From Candidatus Methylomirabilia bacterium (GTDB taxonomy: Bacteria; Methylomirabilota; Methylomirabilia; Rokubacteriales; CSP1-6), in the NCBI GenBank assembly GCA_041492755.1, contig JBGPXN010000147.1, positions 1-11,588 on the forward strand: a stretch of DNA of 11,588 nucleotides. The letters run 5' to 3'. The translations under genes were made by a program, and so were the position numbers. A model generated the notes under the pieces. That model was not told the origin of the DNA, made no database searches, and saw only the letters and a list, made by a program, of their open reading frames with translations. This document shows, piece after piece, positions 1 through 7,572 of this stretch. Within the stretch, counting starts at the first letter, position 1. Each line of letters begins with the position of its first letter.

Positions 1-41
1 CCGAGGAACTCCACGAGCTGCTGATATTCGCCGTTGGTCAT
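1..41 (-). CDS. 5' end of a second copy of the small coiled-coil protein gene (partial, runs off the window)
   Basis: ATG at 41-39 encodes MTNGEYQQLVEFL. Bases 1-41 are identical to 807-847, the start of the 482-847 ORF. Confidence 0.8.
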   Translation of the reverse strand, partial: MTNGEYQQLVEFL

Positions 42-153
42 TCGTGGGCCCCGACGGGAGTCACGCCATCGTTTCTATCCCACGATCGAGCCGGCTTCAA
101 GTGTCTCTTACCCGGTACACCTCAACGGGCGGGCGCGAGGAGCTGCACAATCG
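1..153. repeat. Direct repeat copy A (leader plus start of coiled-coil gene), truncated by the window edge
   Basis: Aligns without gaps to 807-959 (offset 806) with 8 mismatches in 153 bp, at positions 71, 73, 82, 85, 86, 92, 93 and 149. Confidence 0.97.
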
Positions 154-480
154 CCGAGCACGATGTCGCGGATCGTCCCCCCCCGCGTCCACGAAGAACG
201 TGGCCGGCGGCCCGAAGATCCGATACGCGCGCTTGACGCGACTGTTCGTGTCGAGCGCGACCGGGAACGCGATCTTCGCCGCCTGCACGAACTGCACCAC
301 GAAGGCGCGGGTGTCCTCGACGGCGACGCCCAGCAGACGATAGCCCCGCTCGTCCGCCCTCCTGGCCAGCTCGTTGAGCAACGGCATCTCGTCGCGGCAC
401 GGGTCGCACCAGCTGGCGAAGAAGTTGATCACGAGAGGCCGGCCGCGGTAGTGCTCCAGGCTGACCGAGGCGCCGTCGAG
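154..480 (-). pseudogene. TlpA/ResA-like thioredoxin (disulfide reductase) fragment, lacking both termini and frameshifted
   Basis: Reads LDGASVSLEHYRGRPLVINFFASWCDPCRDEMPLL...RAYRIFGPPATFFVDAGG, with CxxC at 408-397 and a cis-Pro-type motif. There is no start codon upstream before an in-frame TGA at 547-545. The TlpA-like continuation TIRDIVLG lies in another frame after the C8 run at 177-184 and ends at the repeat junction at 153. Confidence 0.85.
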
Positions 481-481
481 T

Positions 482-847
482 CTACGACTGGAGTCGCTGC
501 TCGAGCTCGGAGATTCTCGCCTGGAGCAAGGCGACCTGTTCCTTCAGTTCGGCCAGCCCGTATTCGAGCAACTGACGCCGCATGGTCTCGTCAGCGAGAA
601 GAGCCTCGATCCGGCGGAGTCCCTGGGTGATCGCGTGGTACTCCTGCTCCAGTCGCTCGAGATGGGCGTAGATCGCGTCGAAGTGGCCGAAGACTTCACG
701 GAATCGGCCATCGATGTGCTCTTGCAGGCTGTCGAAGCGACGGTCCATCGTGGCGAAGCGTTGGTTGATCGCGGCGAACTGCCGGTCGATGCCGGTGAAC
801 TGACGACCGAGGAACTCCACGAGCTGCTGATATTCGCCGTTGGTCAT
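482..847 (-). CDS. Hypothetical 121-aa coiled-coil protein with FxxIDxR-type heptads
   Basis: ATG to TAG ORF with a near-continuous heptad pattern (FTGIDRQ-FAAINQR-FATMDRR-FDSLQEH...LAELKEQ-VALLQAR-ISELEQR). No transmembrane segment. Its 5' end is perfectly conserved in the second copy. Confidence 0.85.
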   Translation of the reverse strand: MTNGEYQQLVEFLGRQFTGIDRQFAAINQRFATMDRRFDSLQEHIDGRFREVFGHFDAIYAHLERLEQEYHAITQGLRRIEALLADETMRRQLLEYGLAELKEQVALLQARISELEQRLQS

Positions 848-959
848 TCGTGGGCCCCGACGGGAGTCACGCCATCATCTCTATCCCTCGCCCGAGCGCG
901 CTTCAAGTGTCTCTTACCCGGTACACCTCAACGGGCGGGCGCGAGGAGCTGCACGATCG
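807..959. repeat. Direct repeat copy B
   Basis: 145/153 identity to 1-153. The right boundary abuts the TonB stop codon at 960-962. Confidence 0.97.
878..906 (-). promoter_or_regulatory. Candidate sigma70-type promoter for the coiled-coil gene (equivalent site at 72-100)
   Basis: TTGAAG-17 nt-TAGAGA here and TTGAAG-17 nt-TAGAAA in copy A. The -10 lacks the final T. Differences between the copies cluster in the spacer. Confidence 0.35.
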
Positions 960-1820
960 TCATCGCAGCCGGAACTCCACGGGGAGTCGCACCCACATCC
1001 CGATGGCCTCGGCGCCGTGGCGACCCGGCTCGAACCGCCAGCGCCGCACGGCCTCGGCGGCTGCCTGATCGAGGTCGGGGTGACCGGCGGAGGTTTCGAC
1101 CGCGACGTCACCGACCCGCCCGTCCGCAGCGACGAACACGCGGAGGATCGTCGTCCCCTGGACACCGAGACGTCGCGCGGCGGCGGGATAGGACGGCTTC
1201 ACCTGATATCCGCCGCGGGGCGCCGCGAGCTGCACCGCGTCCGGCGGAATCGCGGCGACTTCGGAGCCGCCCGGACGCCCGGGTGAGGCCGTGCTCGGCC
1301 CGGAAGCCGGCCGGCTCTGCTCGTTGGTCACGACCGACACGCCCGACGGCAGGGGCGCCGCCGTGGGGGGCGTTCCGCTTGCGATCCGTCGCGCATCGCT
1401 CGTCGGCTGGCCTGGAGGAGAAGCGACCGGCGCGGCGGCGACGGGTACGGGCGTGATCGGCGCGGGTGGCTCCGCCGGTCTCGGCTCCGGTGAGGGTGAC
1501 GCCATCACCGGCGGGGGCTCGGGCTCCGTCGCGACGGGCGTTGGCTCGGACGGGATGTCGAGCTTGGGAACCGTCCGCGGCTTCGGAAGGACGAGCGGCT
1601 GCGGCTTGGGCGGCGCCGGCCGCGCTTTCGGCGGTTCGACGGGCACCGGCGGTTCGGCAGCGATGAGCTGCGCCATCAGCACCGGCGGCGACGGCGTCAC
1701 CGCTTTGACACCGACGGCGACAGCGCCGCCGACCAGCGCCAGATGAATCGCCAGCGAGGCCAGTACCGAGAGGCTCGGGCGCACTGCTCGCCGTAGCAAC
1801 ACGGGATCCAGGTGTGTCAT
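960..1820 (-). CDS. tonB: Energy transducer TonB family protein (286 aa)
   Basis: ATG at 1820 preceded by AAGGGAG. N-terminal TM with SxxxH (SLAIHLAL), a long Pro-rich linker, and a TonB C-terminal domain (PSYPAARRLGVQG-like segment, ...LDQAAAEAVRRWRFEPG...PVEFRL). The ORF-track extension to 2525 overlaps the kinase-like gene and is rejected. Confidence 0.92.
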   Translation of the reverse strand: MTHLDPVLLRRAVRPSLSVLASLAIHLALVGGAVAVGVKAVTPSPPVLMAQLIAAEPPVPVEPPKARPAPPKPQPLVLPKPRTVPKLDIPSEPTPVATEPEPPPVMASPSPEPRPAEPPAPITPVPVAAAPVASPPGQPTSDARRIASGTPPTAAPLPSGVSVVTNEQSRPASGPSTASPGRPGGSEVAAIPPDAVQLAAPRGGYQVKPSYPAAARRLGVQGTTILRVFVAADGRVGDVAVETSAGHPDLDQAAAEAVRRWRFEPGRHGAEAIGMWVRLPVEFRLR

Positions 1821-1862
1821 TGCTCCCTTCGCACCCAGAGAGTTCGGACCCGAGACGGCGAG

Positions 1863-1928
1863 CACCGCGATCGACCGGGGGGGCACGGTCGGCGAACGCG
1901 TCGCGCATTCACGAATAGTCCATGCTAG
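1863..1928 (-). mobile_element. Internally deleted, truncated copy of the MITE-like element at 11302-11538
   Basis: On the minus strand, CTAG (1928-1925) is followed by 1924-1886, which matches 11302-11340 at 36/39. This is joined directly to 1885-1863 (tgcccccccggtcgatcgcggtg), which matches ~11494-11515. Confidence 0.85.
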
Positions 1929-3178
1929 CCGGACCCCTCCTGGGGTCCGTCCGCCGTGGGTGGCGCCTCGCTCGAACGGCGCAGGTCGAGGATGGGAGGC
2001 AATTCCGGCGACTGCTGGGAGAACTCGAGCCGCGTGATCCGGCCCATGTGGGCGATCATCTCGCTGATCCGCCGGCAGGCGGTGAGCGTTTTCTCGACGC
2101 GGGCCTCGACCTCGGGGTTGTCCGCGAACCGCCGCCCGAGGAGCCCCAGGTGGCCGGTGATCACGGCAAGCGGGTTGTTGATCTCGTGGGCGGCGGCGTT
2201 GGCGAGGCGGGCGACCGCGCGCAGGGCCTCCGCCTCGCGCTCGGCGACCTCCAGGCGGTTGCGGTCGGTGATGTCGATGAGGATCCCGTCGAGAACGAGA
2301 CCCTCCGCGGAGTCCGTGAGCACGGTCACGTTGGCGAGCAGCGTGGCGGCCGTTCCGTCGGCCCGGCGCCAGCGGAACTCGACGTTGTTGAGCCGTTGCC
2401 GCGCCTTCAGGGCGGCCACGACCGGAGCGCGCTCGGCGGGGTCCACGTAGAAGTTCATGACGTTGTGGGTCATGAGCTCCTCCCGGGTGGCATACCCGAG
2501 CATGCGCACGAAGGCGTCGTTGCAATCGAGGATGCGCCCCGCCGCCGTCGTGCGGAGGATGCCCGCCAGGCTGCGCTCGAAGAGCTCACGGTAGCGCGCT
2601 TCCGCCGTCTCCGCGGCCCGGCGCCGCACCTGCGCCTCCGCGAAGAGCGTCGCGTTGCGAATGGCCACCGCGGCCTGGGCCACGAAGCTCGCCAGCAGCT
2701 CCTGGTCCTCCTCATCCAGCACGAAGGGTGCGCGCCCGTTGAGGGCGAGGACGGCGAGGAGGTGGTCCTGGAAGAGCACGGGGACGCCGTAGAAGCTCGA
2801 GACGCCGTGGCGGGTGAACCAGTCCCGCGCGAGGATGGGCGAGTCGGGCGCGAAGACGTCGGGAACGTGGAAGGGACGACGATCCTCCGCCACCCGCCCC
2901 ACCAGTCCTTCCCCGAATTTCGAGGTGGTGAGCGGGAAGTCGTTCCGGAGCGCCGGGTCCGAGAACGCGCGGATCGTCACGGTGCGCGGGACCTCGTCCA
3001 CCAGCCAGAAGGAGACGATCGGCGCCTCCATGATGTCGGAGGCCGCGCGGGCGATGGCGGCGAGCACGTCCTCGATCGCCAGCGACGAGGACACGAGCCG
3101 ATTGAGCCGCTCGAGGGTGCGAAGGCGGGCGGCCACCTCGACCAACCGCTTGGTATCGTCCTCGTCGCTCCCGGTCAT
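1925..3178 (-). CDS. GAF-PAS-HisKA(DHp) signalling protein lacking the HATPase_c domain (417 aa)
   Basis: AGGAG RBS before ATG 3178. GAF motifs (GEGLVGRVA, FYGVPVLF, AQAAVAIRNA), PAS motifs (GRILDCNDAFVRMLGY, RRADG, DITDR) and an H-box (AAHEINNPL, His331). The ORF ends ~85 aa later with no N/G1/F/G2 boxes. Confidence 0.9.
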   Translation of the reverse strand: MTGSDEDDTKRLVEVAARLRTLERLNRLVSSSLAIEDVLAAIARAASDIMEAPIVSFWLVDEVPRTVTIRAFSDPALRNDFPLTTSKFGEGLVGRVAEDRRPFHVPDVFAPDSPILARDWFTRHGVSSFYGVPVLFQDHLLAVLALNGRAPFVLDEEDQELLASFVAQAAVAIRNATLFAEAQVRRRAAETAEARYRELFERSLAGILRTTAAGRILDCNDAFVRMLGYATREELMTHNVMNFYVDPAERAPVVAALKARQRLNNVEFRWRRADGTAATLLANVTVLTDSAEGLVLDGILIDITDRNRLEVAEREAEALRAVARLANAAAHEINNPLAVITGHLGLLGRRFADNPEVEARVEKTLTACRRISEMIAHMGRITRLEFSQQSPELPPILDLRRSSEAPPTADGPQEGSG

Positions 3179-3273
3179 GCTGCGCCGCTCCTGGGGGATC
3201 GCGTCCGCCGATCGACTCCGATGTTCGCGCCGGCGGGCGCCCGATTAGACTGAAAAGGCCGACCCGGCGCCAC

Positions 3274-4218
3274 TCACTCGGCCGCGAGCTCCCCGAGCGC
3301 TGCCAGCGTGCGCTCGAGGGCATGCGCGTCCCCCGGCGGCAGGATCGGCATGGCGAGCAGCTCATCGGCCCCGAAGGACGGGAGCTGGCGCAGGCGCTCC
3401 TTGACCTGCGCGGCACTGCCATGCACGACCAGCGCATCGATCATCCGATCGGAGAGCTGACCGTCCTTGGCCTCGGGAAAGCCGGCATCCTGGAACATCC
3501 GCGAGTAGTACGGCACGCGCGGGTACCGCCCGAGCTGCTCCGTCGCCCCTTTACGAATGCCGCCGACGTCCTCGGACACCACGACCGGGACGTGCGCGAC
3601 GAGCGGCGGCGCGGGCCGGCCGGCCTTCGCCGCGCCGGCCCGGAGCGCCGAAACCGCGACGTCGCGCAGATACGGCAAAGGACACACCCAGGAGATGGCG
3701 CCGTCGGCCAGCTCGCCGCACGTGTGGAAGCCGATCGCGCGCAGCGCCGACGCCATGACCGTCACCCGGGTCGGGCCCGGGAGCTGCGCGTGCGCCTTGA
3801 TCCGCTTGCCGTCGAAGTCCACCTTCCCGTCGTTCAGGGCCGCCTTCAGAACGGTGAGGTACTCCCGCAAGTGCTCCTGGGGCCGCTCGAACGGGATTCC
3901 CCACGTGCCCTCCATCGACGGCTTGTGACTCGGCCCGACGCCGAGCCGCAGCCGACCGGGCGCGAGCGCGTCAACCGCCGTGGCGCCCTGGACCAGCGCG
4001 AGCGGGTGACGCGGAAACGTCGGGATGATGGAGGTCCCGAACATGATGCGCGTCGTCCGGGCCGCGGCCGCCGCGAAGACCACCAGCGGATCCGGCGCGA
4101 CGGCGCCGCACGTCATCCAGGCGCACTGGACGCCGGCCCGTTCGGCCGCCACGATGCCATCGACGAGCTTCGGCGCGTTCACTCCCGCGACGTGGACTCC
4201 CACGATCAGATTCTTCAT
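3274..4218 (-). CDS. LLM-class (luciferase-like) flavin- or F420-dependent oxidoreductase (314 aa)
   Basis: GGAGAG RBS before ATG 4218. Motifs DPLVVFAAAAARTTRIMFGTSIIPTFPRHP, GRLRLGVGPSH, LREYL and GELADG. Resembles the MSMEG_4879-type F420 LLM group by recalled motifs. Confidence 0.9.
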   Translation of the reverse strand: MKNLIVGVHVAGVNAPKLVDGIVAAERAGVQCAWMTCGAVAPDPLVVFAAAAARTTRIMFGTSIIPTFPRHPLALVQGATAVDALAPGRLRLGVGPSHKPSMEGTWGIPFERPQEHLREYLTVLKAALNDGKVDFDGKRIKAHAQLPGPTRVTVMASALRAIGFHTCGELADGAISWVCPLPYLRDVAVSALRAGAAKAGRPAPPLVAHVPVVVSEDVGGIRKGATEQLGRYPRVPYYSRMFQDAGFPEAKDGQLSDRMIDALVVHGSAAQVKERLRQLPSFGADELLAMPILPPGDAHALERTLAALGELAAE

Positions 4219-4362
4219 GCCGTTCTCTCCGTCTGTTTGTGGTGGTACCTCTTCAGGGCTCGCCCTTGAACATCCGGGCCCGGCCAGGTGCTGTCCGGGT
4301 GCGGATAGTCGGACGCCCACAGCACGTGGCCCTCGCGAGATACCGAGCTCGACGCGCCATCT

Positions 4363-4902
4363 CTACGACCCGGCACCGCGCACGGCCGCCACCAGCGCCA
4401 GGATCACACCAACCGCCCCGACGGCCGCGACGACCGGCGCGGCCGCGAACGGGATCGAGGCCGCACCGACGCCGGCCACGGCCATGACGGCCATCGTCCC
4501 GGCCAGCGTTCCGAGGCCGAACCCGATCCATGCGACGACGTGCGATCGATAGGCGCCGGCGCCGACCTCGGCGCGGTCGACGCAGCGGCCGAGCTCCACG
4601 CACTGGAACAGAAACAGGAGCGACAAGCCAAACCCGGCCGCACCGATGACACTGACGGGCTCGCCGGCCGTCCACAGCGCGAGGGTGTAGGCGGCCAGGA
4701 AGACGCACGCCGCGGCCGTCACCGGCCACCGCCAGAGCATCGCGATGCCCACGGCGGCCAGGAGCAGGGCGATCCCACCGATCACGGCCACCGGGGAGAT
4801 CGGCGCCGTGTGAAGCGGCAGCACGAACAGGACGAGCGCCAGCACACCAGCCGCGAGCCGCACCAGAGTGCGAGAGAAGGCCGCGGAGCCCACGCGCATC
4901 AT
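4363..4902 (-). CDS. Hypothetical multi-pass membrane protein (179 aa), last gene of the MoxR operon
   Basis: ATG 4902 overlaps the DUF58 stop (ATGA). About six hydrophobic segments. Confidence 0.8.
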   Translation of the reverse strand: MMRVGSAAFSRTLVRLAAGVLALVLFVLPLHTAPISPVAVIGGIALLLAAVGIAMLWRWPVTAAACVFLAAYTLALWTAGEPVSVIGAAGFGLSLLFLFQCVELGRCVDRAEVGAGAYRSHVVAWIGFGLGTLAGTMAVMAVAGVGAASIPFAAAPVVAAVGAVGVILALVAAVRGAGS

Positions 4903-6176
4903 CCGGCGGTGGCCAGGCGGGGCCGCCGTCGGGCGAGCCCGGCCAGCGCGGTCTCGAGCGGCTCGGCCGGGTTCCATTCGACGACCGGAACGCCGTGGCG
5001 ACGGAAGTCGTCGAGGTGCACACGCCGCATCAAACGCCACAGGCGGCAGGCCAGGTCGTTCGTGACCGACGGCGGAAGCGCGGCCCGCGTCACGCTCACC
5101 GGCGAGACGACGAGGACCACGAGGTCGAACCCCCGCGCGGCGAGATCGAGCGCCGCCTTGGCGAAGCGGCGATCGAGCAAGGGCGTGAGCGCGATGACCA
5201 GGGCGTGGGGCGGCAGCACCCGGGTCGGAACGAGCGCGAGATCTTTCGTGACGTAGGTGAAGGCGACACTCGCCCTCAGGAAGGTGTCGGCCAGGCGCTC
5301 GTACTGGATCCGTCCCGACCCCGGTCGGACCCAATCCGTCGTCCCGCCGTAGGTGACCAGTCCGACGCGGTCCTTGCGAGCGAGGTACGCGGTGGCCAGC
5401 GAGGCGGCGGCCCGCACGGCGAAGTCGAGCGTGGTGTCGGCCGCCGCGCCCACCTCGGCGAGCGTGTCGAGCATCAGCACGACGTGGGCGTTGCGCTCGC
5501 GGTGATGCTGGGTCACGTAGAGCGATCCCAGCCGCAGCGATGCCCGCCAGTTCACCTGTCTGATCCGGTCACCGGGCGCGAACTGCCGGATGTCGCCGGG
5601 CTCGATGCCCTCGCCGAGCGCGCCCGAAACGTAGTCGCCGGTCGAGGACTGCGTGTGGAGCGGGCGGGGCAGGCTCCGCAGCGGGACGACGCGTGGATAC
5701 ACGCGTACGAGGGTACGCTCGGCGTGACGCCGCTCCCAGGCGCGGAGGCCCCAGCGATCACGCGCCCGGACGACGATCGTCCCGAGGTCGTACACGCCGC
5801 GGACGGAACAGCGCAGCTCGTAGTGAAAGCTCGTCGTCTCGCCTGGCCCCAGCGTGAGCATGGCGCGATGGTGACCGCCGGCGAGCTCGGTGTCGCGCGG
5901 CAGCGGCCCGAGCAGCTGCATGAGCGGAATGCCGGACGCTGCCGTCACCGCGATGGTGACCGTCACGATCTCGCCCTCGAATATCCGGTCGATGGAACGC
6001 TGGAGGGTCACGGAATACTCGGGGACGCCGCGGCGCACGATCAGCGTGGCGAGCGCGAGCACCAGCGGCAACGCGGCCACCACGAGCTCCGGGCGGGCCG
6101 ACAGCACGGCCAGCGAGACGGCCCAGGCCGTCACGGTGAGCAGCGACACCGTCAGGGGTGTCACCCGCCCGTTCAT
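4899..6176 (-). CDS. DUF58 domain protein (MoxR-associated, vWA-like; 425 aa)
   Basis: ATG 6176 overlaps the MoxR stop (ATGA). N-terminal TM hairpin, RGVYDLG, VRVYPR, IRQFAPGDRIRQVNWRAS, VVLMLD and AASLA...DRVGL motifs. Confidence 0.92.
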   Translation of the reverse strand: MNGRVTPLTVSLLTVTAWAVSLAVLSARPELVVAALPLVLALATLIVRRGVPEYSVTLQRSIDRIFEGEIVTVTIAVTAASGIPLMQLLGPLPRDTELAGGHHRAMLTLGPGETTSFHYELRCSVRGVYDLGTIVVRARDRWGLRAWERRHAERTLVRVYPRVVPLRSLPRPLHTQSSTGDYVSGALGEGIEPGDIRQFAPGDRIRQVNWRASLRLGSLYVTQHHRERNAHVVLMLDTLAEVGAAADTTLDFAVRAAASLATAYLARKDRVGLVTYGGTTDWVRPGSGRIQYERLADTFLRASVAFTYVTKDLALVPTRVLPPHALVIALTPLLDRRFAKAALDLAARGFDLVVLVVSPVSVTRAALPPSVTNDLACRLWRLMRRVHLDDFRRHGVPVVEWNPAEPLETALAGLARRRPRLATAG

Positions 6177-7129
6177 CGCGCGTTGGCGCTGGGCGCCGGC
6201 ACCTGCGTGAGCACGCTCTGCACGACCTGCGCCGCCGACACCCGCGACGCCCACAGCTCGGGCTTGAGGATGATGCGGTGCGCCAGCGCCGGCACCGTCA
6301 TGAGCTTCACGTCGTCGGGGAGCACGAAGTCACGGCGTCGGAGGGCGGCCAGCGCCCGCGCGAGCTTGAGCAGCGCGATCGCCCCCCGGGGTGACGCACC
6401 GAGCGCCACCCGGTGATCGACGCGGGTGGCCCGGACGAGGTCCACGATGTACCGCTGCGTCACGTCGGCGACGTGGACGTCCTCCAGGGTCGCCTGCATC
6501 GCGAGCAGCTCCGCGCGCGAGATCACGGGCGCGACGCTGACGGTATCGTCCCGCCGGCGTTGTCGCCGGGTCAGAATCTCCACCTCTTCGTCCACGTCCG
6601 GATACCCGACCGCGAGCCGCAGCAGGAAGCGGTCGAGCTGGGCCTCCGGCAGCGGATAGGTGCCCTCGAGCTCGATCGGATTCTGCGTGGCGATCACGAT
6701 GAACGGCGGTTCGAGCACGAACCGTTCGCCCTCGATGGTGACCTGCGCCTCCTGCATCGCCTCCAGCAACGCGCTCTGCGTCTTCGGGGTGGCCCGGTTG
6801 ATCTCGTCGGCGAGGAGCACGTTGGTGAAGATCGGGCCGCGGCGAAACTCGAAGCGGCCCTGGCGCTGATCGAACAGGAAGCTGCCCGTGATGTCGCTGG
6901 GCAGGAGATCGGGCGTGAACTGGATCCGCTTGAAGCCGAGGTCGAGGGTCTGCGCGACCAGCCGGGCGATGAGCGTCTTCGCGAGGCCCGGAACGTCTTC
7001 GATCAGGACGTGCCCGTTGGCCAGGACGCCGGCCAGGATCTGCTCGAGGACGTCGGTCTTCCCGACGATGACCTGCGACAGGACGGCGAGGACATCCTGA
7101 CAGCGGTCGGCCAGGGCGTCGATCTTCAT
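6173..7129 (-). CDS. moxR: MoxR family AAA+ ATPase (318 aa)
   Basis: Walker A (EDVPGLAKT), RIQFTPDLLPSDITG, Walker B (LLADEINRA), TQNPIELEGTYPLPEAQLDRF and GASPR. ATG 7129 overlaps the upstream stop (ATGA). Confidence 0.97.
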   Translation of the reverse strand: MKIDALADRCQDVLAVLSQVIVGKTDVLEQILAGVLANGHVLIEDVPGLAKTLIARLVAQTLDLGFKRIQFTPDLLPSDITGSFLFDQRQGRFEFRRGPIFTNVLLADEINRATPKTQSALLEAMQEAQVTIEGERFVLEPPFIVIATQNPIELEGTYPLPEAQLDRFLLRLAVGYPDVDEEVEILTRRQRRRDDTVSVAPVISRAELLAMQATLEDVHVADVTQRYIVDLVRATRVDHRVALGASPRGAIALLKLARALAALRRRDFVLPDDVKLMTVPALAHRIILKPELWASRVSAAQVVQSVLTQVPAPSANAR

Positions 7130-7572
7130 CCGCGCTTCTCGGCCTCCGCGATCAGGCGCTCGAGCGCGCGCAGGGAGGGGCCGCGCCGGGCCGGCCGCGC
7201 CGCCGGCCGGGGCAGGCTCTCGCCGGCGATCGCGAGCAACCGCGGCCAGAGGATGGAGTCGAAGTACCGCTGGCTCCGCGTACCAGCGGTCACGTCGCCG
7301 CGCAGTCGCACGAAGCGCTCGTCCAGCTCCGGCGCCGGGGGCAACGCAGGCGGCGCATCGAGCGCCGAGGGCGGCTGTTCGTCGATGGCGCGCCGGGCGC
7401 TCCGGGTCAGCCGGACGCAGCCGGCCACCACCAGAAGCCCGCATCCCAGCCGGATGGCGAGCGTCCGCCACGACGGCGCCAGCGTGACGTAGGCGGGAAT
7501 CGCGGCGAGGGCCAGGAGCACGAGGAGGAGCCCACGCGCGGCCCAGCGATAGGGTGAGGGCTCAGGAGGCAA
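7126..7572 (-). CDS. Hypothetical 148-aa protein with two N-terminal TM helices (MoxR-operon accessory)
   Basis: TTG start overlaps the upstream stop by 11 nt and its own stop overlaps the MoxR ATG. It fills the operon gap exactly. Confidence 0.8.
   Translation of the reverse strand: MPPEPSPYRWAARGLLLVLLALAAIPAYVTLAPSWRTLAIRLGCGLLVVAGCVRLTRSARRAIDEQPPSALDAPPALPPAPELDERFVRLRGDVTAGTRSQRYFDSILWPRLLAIAGESLPRPAARPARRGPSLRALERLIAEAEKRG

Noticed and set aside
97..847. Programmed +1 frameshift fusing the coiled-coil protein to TlpA at TCG-TAG-A-CTC
   Set aside because: No recognisable slippery site, and TlpA is also damaged at its 3' end. An insertion or duplication junction is the simpler explanation.
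1..959. CRISPR array or integron attC cassette interpretation of the repeats
   Set aside because: The repeat is at least 153 bp and includes coding sequence. There is no short repeat-spacer periodicity, no clear attC palindrome with RYYYAAC/GTTRRRY ends, and no cas or integrase gene.
34..1286. Paired plus-strand ORFs starting MVIRGPRRESR and MGPDGSHAI
   Set aside because: The shared N-termini simply reflect the DNA repeat. They diverge at the repeat boundary and run antisense to real genes.
3254..3283. Possible intrinsic terminator after the LLM gene (GGCCGA...TCGGCC-TTTT on the minus strand)
   Set aside because: Only a 6-bp stem with a 15-nt loop overlapping the stop codon and a short U tract. 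Too weak to call.
4219..4362. Riboswitch in the LLM leader
   Set aside because: Only a small hairpin (~4252-4270) is visible, with no recognisable aptamer consensus.
1922..7492. Long plus-strand ORFs (1922-3253, 3322-4269, 4995-6416, 6413-7492)
   Set aside because: Antisense mirrors of well-supported minus-strand genes, arising from codon bias.
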